NCBI GenBank assembly: GCA_965644315.1
Contig: CBFFRQ010000002.1
Coordinates: 1 to 64,000 of the forward strand
From: Caecitellus pseudoparvulus
Lineage: Eukaryota; Protista; Bigyra: Bicosoecida
Direction of reading: 5' to 3'
Length of the DNA: 64,000 nt
In this document: positions 61,001 to 64,000 of the stretch, one piece after another
Position numbering within the stretch: the stretch's first letter is position 1
Layout: every line of letters begins with the position of its first letter
Program-made: the position numbers and the translations under genes
The notes under the pieces: generated by a model
What the model was told of the DNA's origin: nothing
What the model saw: only the letters and a program-made list of their open reading frames with translations
Database searches by the model: none

Positions 61001-64000
61001 ATAACGGCATCGAAACTGATGTGTACTGGGTGAACCTAGTTGATGTGCGCACGAACAGGCGCCTGCTACCCCCTCGTCACCCAACCCGGCCCACCTTCCC
61101 GTCCCACATGTTCATTGGCGCAGCAAGGGAGTTCGGCATTCTCATGCCACTTGACCAGCTGTTAGTGGAGGGTAGGGAGTACCAGTGGAGCATCATTTCC
61201 CGCAACTCTGCGGGGACGCACCGGGAGTCGCGTTCAGACGGCTTCATCTGCGACCCAACGCGTGCCAGCGTCTTCAACATCCGTGAGATGAAGGTTGACC
61301 CCGACGTTGACTACAAAGAGATCGAAGCAAACCCCACTCGCACGGACGACAAGACCGCGCAGCCGATTCTGCTGCCTTCTTCGTACCGAGATGACGAGCT
61401 TGACTTTGTCTCTGAGTTGCCACTGCTCCACTTGCAGTGGCAGGCGTGGGATACCCTGTCTGGTCTGAGGCGCGTGCTTGTGGGGGTTGGGCCCACGCCG
61501 GGCAGCGACCTGTACATGAACTGGCAAGAGCTGCCGCATGCGAACCAACAGGAGGCTGTCTTCTACGACATCCCCCTGCTGCCTCACATGCCCGCCTTCA
61601 CGACGCTGCGCATCATGAACGAGGCCCGCGATGATCGTTGGGAGATCTCAGACGGGCTGGCTGTGGACATCACGCCACCGTACATTGACAGGCCATACCG
61701 CTTCTTCGACTGCGACACTGACACCTCAATTTGCTACATTTGGGGGGACATCATCGCCCAAGCTGACAACACAAGCATGATCTCGACGTGGATGAACGGC
61801 TTCTTTGACCCACACTCCTTTGTTGGCTTCTACGACGTCTTCCTGGGCACCAAGCCCTTCTCTGACGCTGATCAGCCAGGTTGTGCAGACTATGTCGGTT
61901 TCAAGCGTAATGACATTCCTCAGGACGTGTTGGATAAGGACAAGGTGCGCAACATCACCGTGAGGCTGCCCGGCACTGCAGCAGAATGCGCGACGGCTGA
62001 AGGAGCGCCGAGCTTCTACGACCTTATTGGCCCCATTCGCCTCTCACGCTTTACGTTCCGCTACAAGTGGCAGAACCTGAGCTTCCCCTTGGAGCACAAC
62101 ACGGAGTACTTCACCACCATTCGTGCCACGAACCTGGCAGGCTTGGAGTCATTCGCCAGCACGTCTGGCGTGAAGATTGACATTACGCCACCCTTGCCCA
62201 CGACGGTAGTGGACGGCAACCGCCAAGCTCCCAACTTCCCAAACCTGAACCCTGCTGTTGCGGACAACTTTGGTGACATGCAGTATCAACGTGGGGATGA
62301 AATTGTGTTTGCGTCTTGGATCCCTGTCGTGGACCTGGAGACGAAGGTCGTGCGAACACGGGTGTGGGCGGAAGACGCCAACGGCACGCGTGTCAGTGAT
62401 GTTGGACTGCTGGCGCCCAGTGGCATCCCTGAAGAGGGCCTGGCGTACGCTACCCTTGGAACACTGTCTGGCACGAAGCTGCAGCACGGCCACACATACT
62501 ACATGGTCGTGGAAGGCGAGAACCAAGCCAAGCTACGCAGCAGCAGCGTGTCAGATGGCGTGTTTGTAGACACGACGCCTGTGGACATCCCTTGGGTGGT
62601 GCTGGCCACGAACGACTCTGTTGCCAGCGCCATCACATCGAACGAAGTCACCCTCGGCTTGCAGTGGCGTGCCCTGGAGCCAGACTCCGAGCTGTTCACG
62701 TGCAGGTACACGCTGGGCACTTTCCCGCGAGGCGATGACATTGTGGACGAGACCCTGGTGTTCCCGTGGCAGTCTTTGGCGCCTGCCTCTGTCGAGTCCC
62801 GCGTGTCTGGGCCGCAATACCGCACACCTCCCGCAACACGAGATGGCGGCCTTGGCGACCAGGCCGGGCAGACAGTTGGCGACGCGATGAACTCTTACGA
62901 CTGGAACCGACCCGTGGAGCAGGCAGTTTCGCACTGGATCACGATGCCTGCCAGCGACATCGTGGACAGTGCAACTGTGTATGGGCGTGTGCGCTGTGAC
63001 AACCGCGCTGGTGCAATTACGTTCAAGTCTGCCGAGAACACGGTGGTCGTTGATAAGACCGACCCTATTGCAGGGCTGGTGTGGGACGGCATTCCTGGCT
63101 CGCTCGACATGCAGTTCCAGTCCATCCGCAAGATCATTTTCGCCACGTGGCTGCACTGGGCTGACTATGGCACTGGGATTCAAGACTTCGTCGGTTGCGT
63201 GAAGAGCACGCGGGACGGCCCCTGCGACATGTCGGCGGAGATTTCCTTCGGCACAGCTACAAGCGGCGTGTTCTCCTTCCAAGACAACCCTCTTCCAGGT
63301 CACGAGGACTACTTCGTGCAGATCACGGCTGTTGACGGTGTTGGTCACACCGCGACTGTGGTGTCGGACGGCATTTACATCGACCACACGGGGCCTTCCG
63401 ACGGCTTCGGCACGTACACAGCCCATGGTTTGGTGGGTGAGTACCCTGAAGGCTTCGAAGCACGCTTCACAGGACGCCAGGGCCGCATGACGTTCAACTG
63501 GGGTGGATTTGCCGACAACCAGACTGGCATCTTGCGGTACGATGTGGGCGTGGGCACTGCTCCGAACGAGACAGATGTCATGCAATTCCAGAGGGGTGCT
63601 CTGGCCACGCAAGGTGCAGCCCAAGGTGTTGCTCTGACGCACGGCCAAGCATACTACGGCATCATTCGTGCGGTGAACACCATTGGCCTGCATCACGTTG
63701 TCGCCACCGACCCCATCGTGTACGATGAAACGGCGCCGCTGTGCGAGGTTTGGGACGGGCCCATCCGCGGGGTTGATGCAGACGTGACACCTCAGTTCGT
63801 GCCCACCATCCAGTGGAAAGTATCGGACCCCGAGTCGGGCGTCACAGCCATCCGATGGGGTGTCGGGCGGGTGAAGGGCTCGGACGACCGGATTCCATGG
63901 CAGACAGTGCCCGCAGCTGACTTGCAGGCGCTCTCTGATGCCTTCTTCCTGTACACGCAGGACGCTTGGCCAACCGGGGAGACGTTCTACTTGACTGTGC
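37020..64000 (+). CDS. Giant (>8,900 aa, runs off the window) secreted protein: lipovitellin/large-lipid-transfer-like N-terminus, very long amphipathic helical region, propeller-like and beta-sheet regions, FN3-like repeats; exons 37020-37086, 37158-37545, 37635->64000
   Basis: Signal peptide MALKAFDKPALGLVLLCLAAVY|GCAAA. Introns 37087-37157 and 37546-37634 are GT-AG and phase-consistent. Frame +1 reads as coding wherever sampled from 37636 to 64000. The ORF track lists no closed frame +1 ORF anywhere in this 26 kb, as expected for one unterminated ORF. Confidence 0.88.
60190..64000 (+). repeat. Array of >=10 FN3-like coding repeats, same family as in the divergent minus-strand giant
   Basis: Boundary motifs DTSPP (~60196), DSTGP, DHTG, DPTR, DITPP, DITPP, DTTP, DKTDP, DHTGP and DETAP (~63724). 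Internal motifs WGGFYDPE, WGGFADNQTGILRYDVGVGT.P...DV and L.HG..YY...A.N.AGL. Confidence 0.8.

Noticed and set aside
37700-63700. Many minus-strand and off-frame ORFs (e.g. 41049-42416, 48762-49826, 57139-58206, 62551-63696)
   Set aside because: These are shadow ORFs of the long frame +1 gene in GC-rich DNA, with no recognisable motifs.
1-64000. tRNA, rRNA, transposons, endogenous virus genes, CRISPR or prokaryotic operon structure
   Set aside because: I recognised no cloverleaf, rRNA, transposase, RT, integrase or capsid motifs and no terminal repeats. Spliceosomal introns and GAR1/ERCC1/WDR82 show that this is eukaryotic nuclear DNA.

Overview
GC-rich, gene-dense eukaryotic (protist-like) genomic DNA with short GT-AG introns (donors GTGAGT/GTGCGT, acceptors (C/G)CAG). 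The left ~20 kb holds tightly packed genes: the 3' end of a probable His-tRNA synthetase, WDR82/Swd2, acetyl-CoA synthetase, a small Cys-rich secreted protein, a membrane-anchored EEP nuclease, a myristoylated LRR protein, GAR1, ERCC1, two low-complexity proteins (one with RNI-like LRRs) and a secreted PhyH-type dioxygenase. Several of these carry single-base frameshifts in G/C runs, probably assembly errors. The right ~43 kb is a head-to-head pair of giant, apparently secreted proteins about 950 bp apart. On the minus strand is a ~5,090-aa mosaic of C-type lectin, Gly-rich, Cys-rich and FN3-like domains. On the plus strand is a >8,900-aa protein missing from the supplied ORF track, because frame +1 appears to have no stop from 37636 to the window end. 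It has a lipovitellin/large-lipid-transfer-like N-terminus, a ~5,500-aa amphipathic helical rod, a propeller-like region, a beta-sheet region and the same FN3-like repeat array as its partner. All domain calls are motif recognition by eye; no database searches were run.
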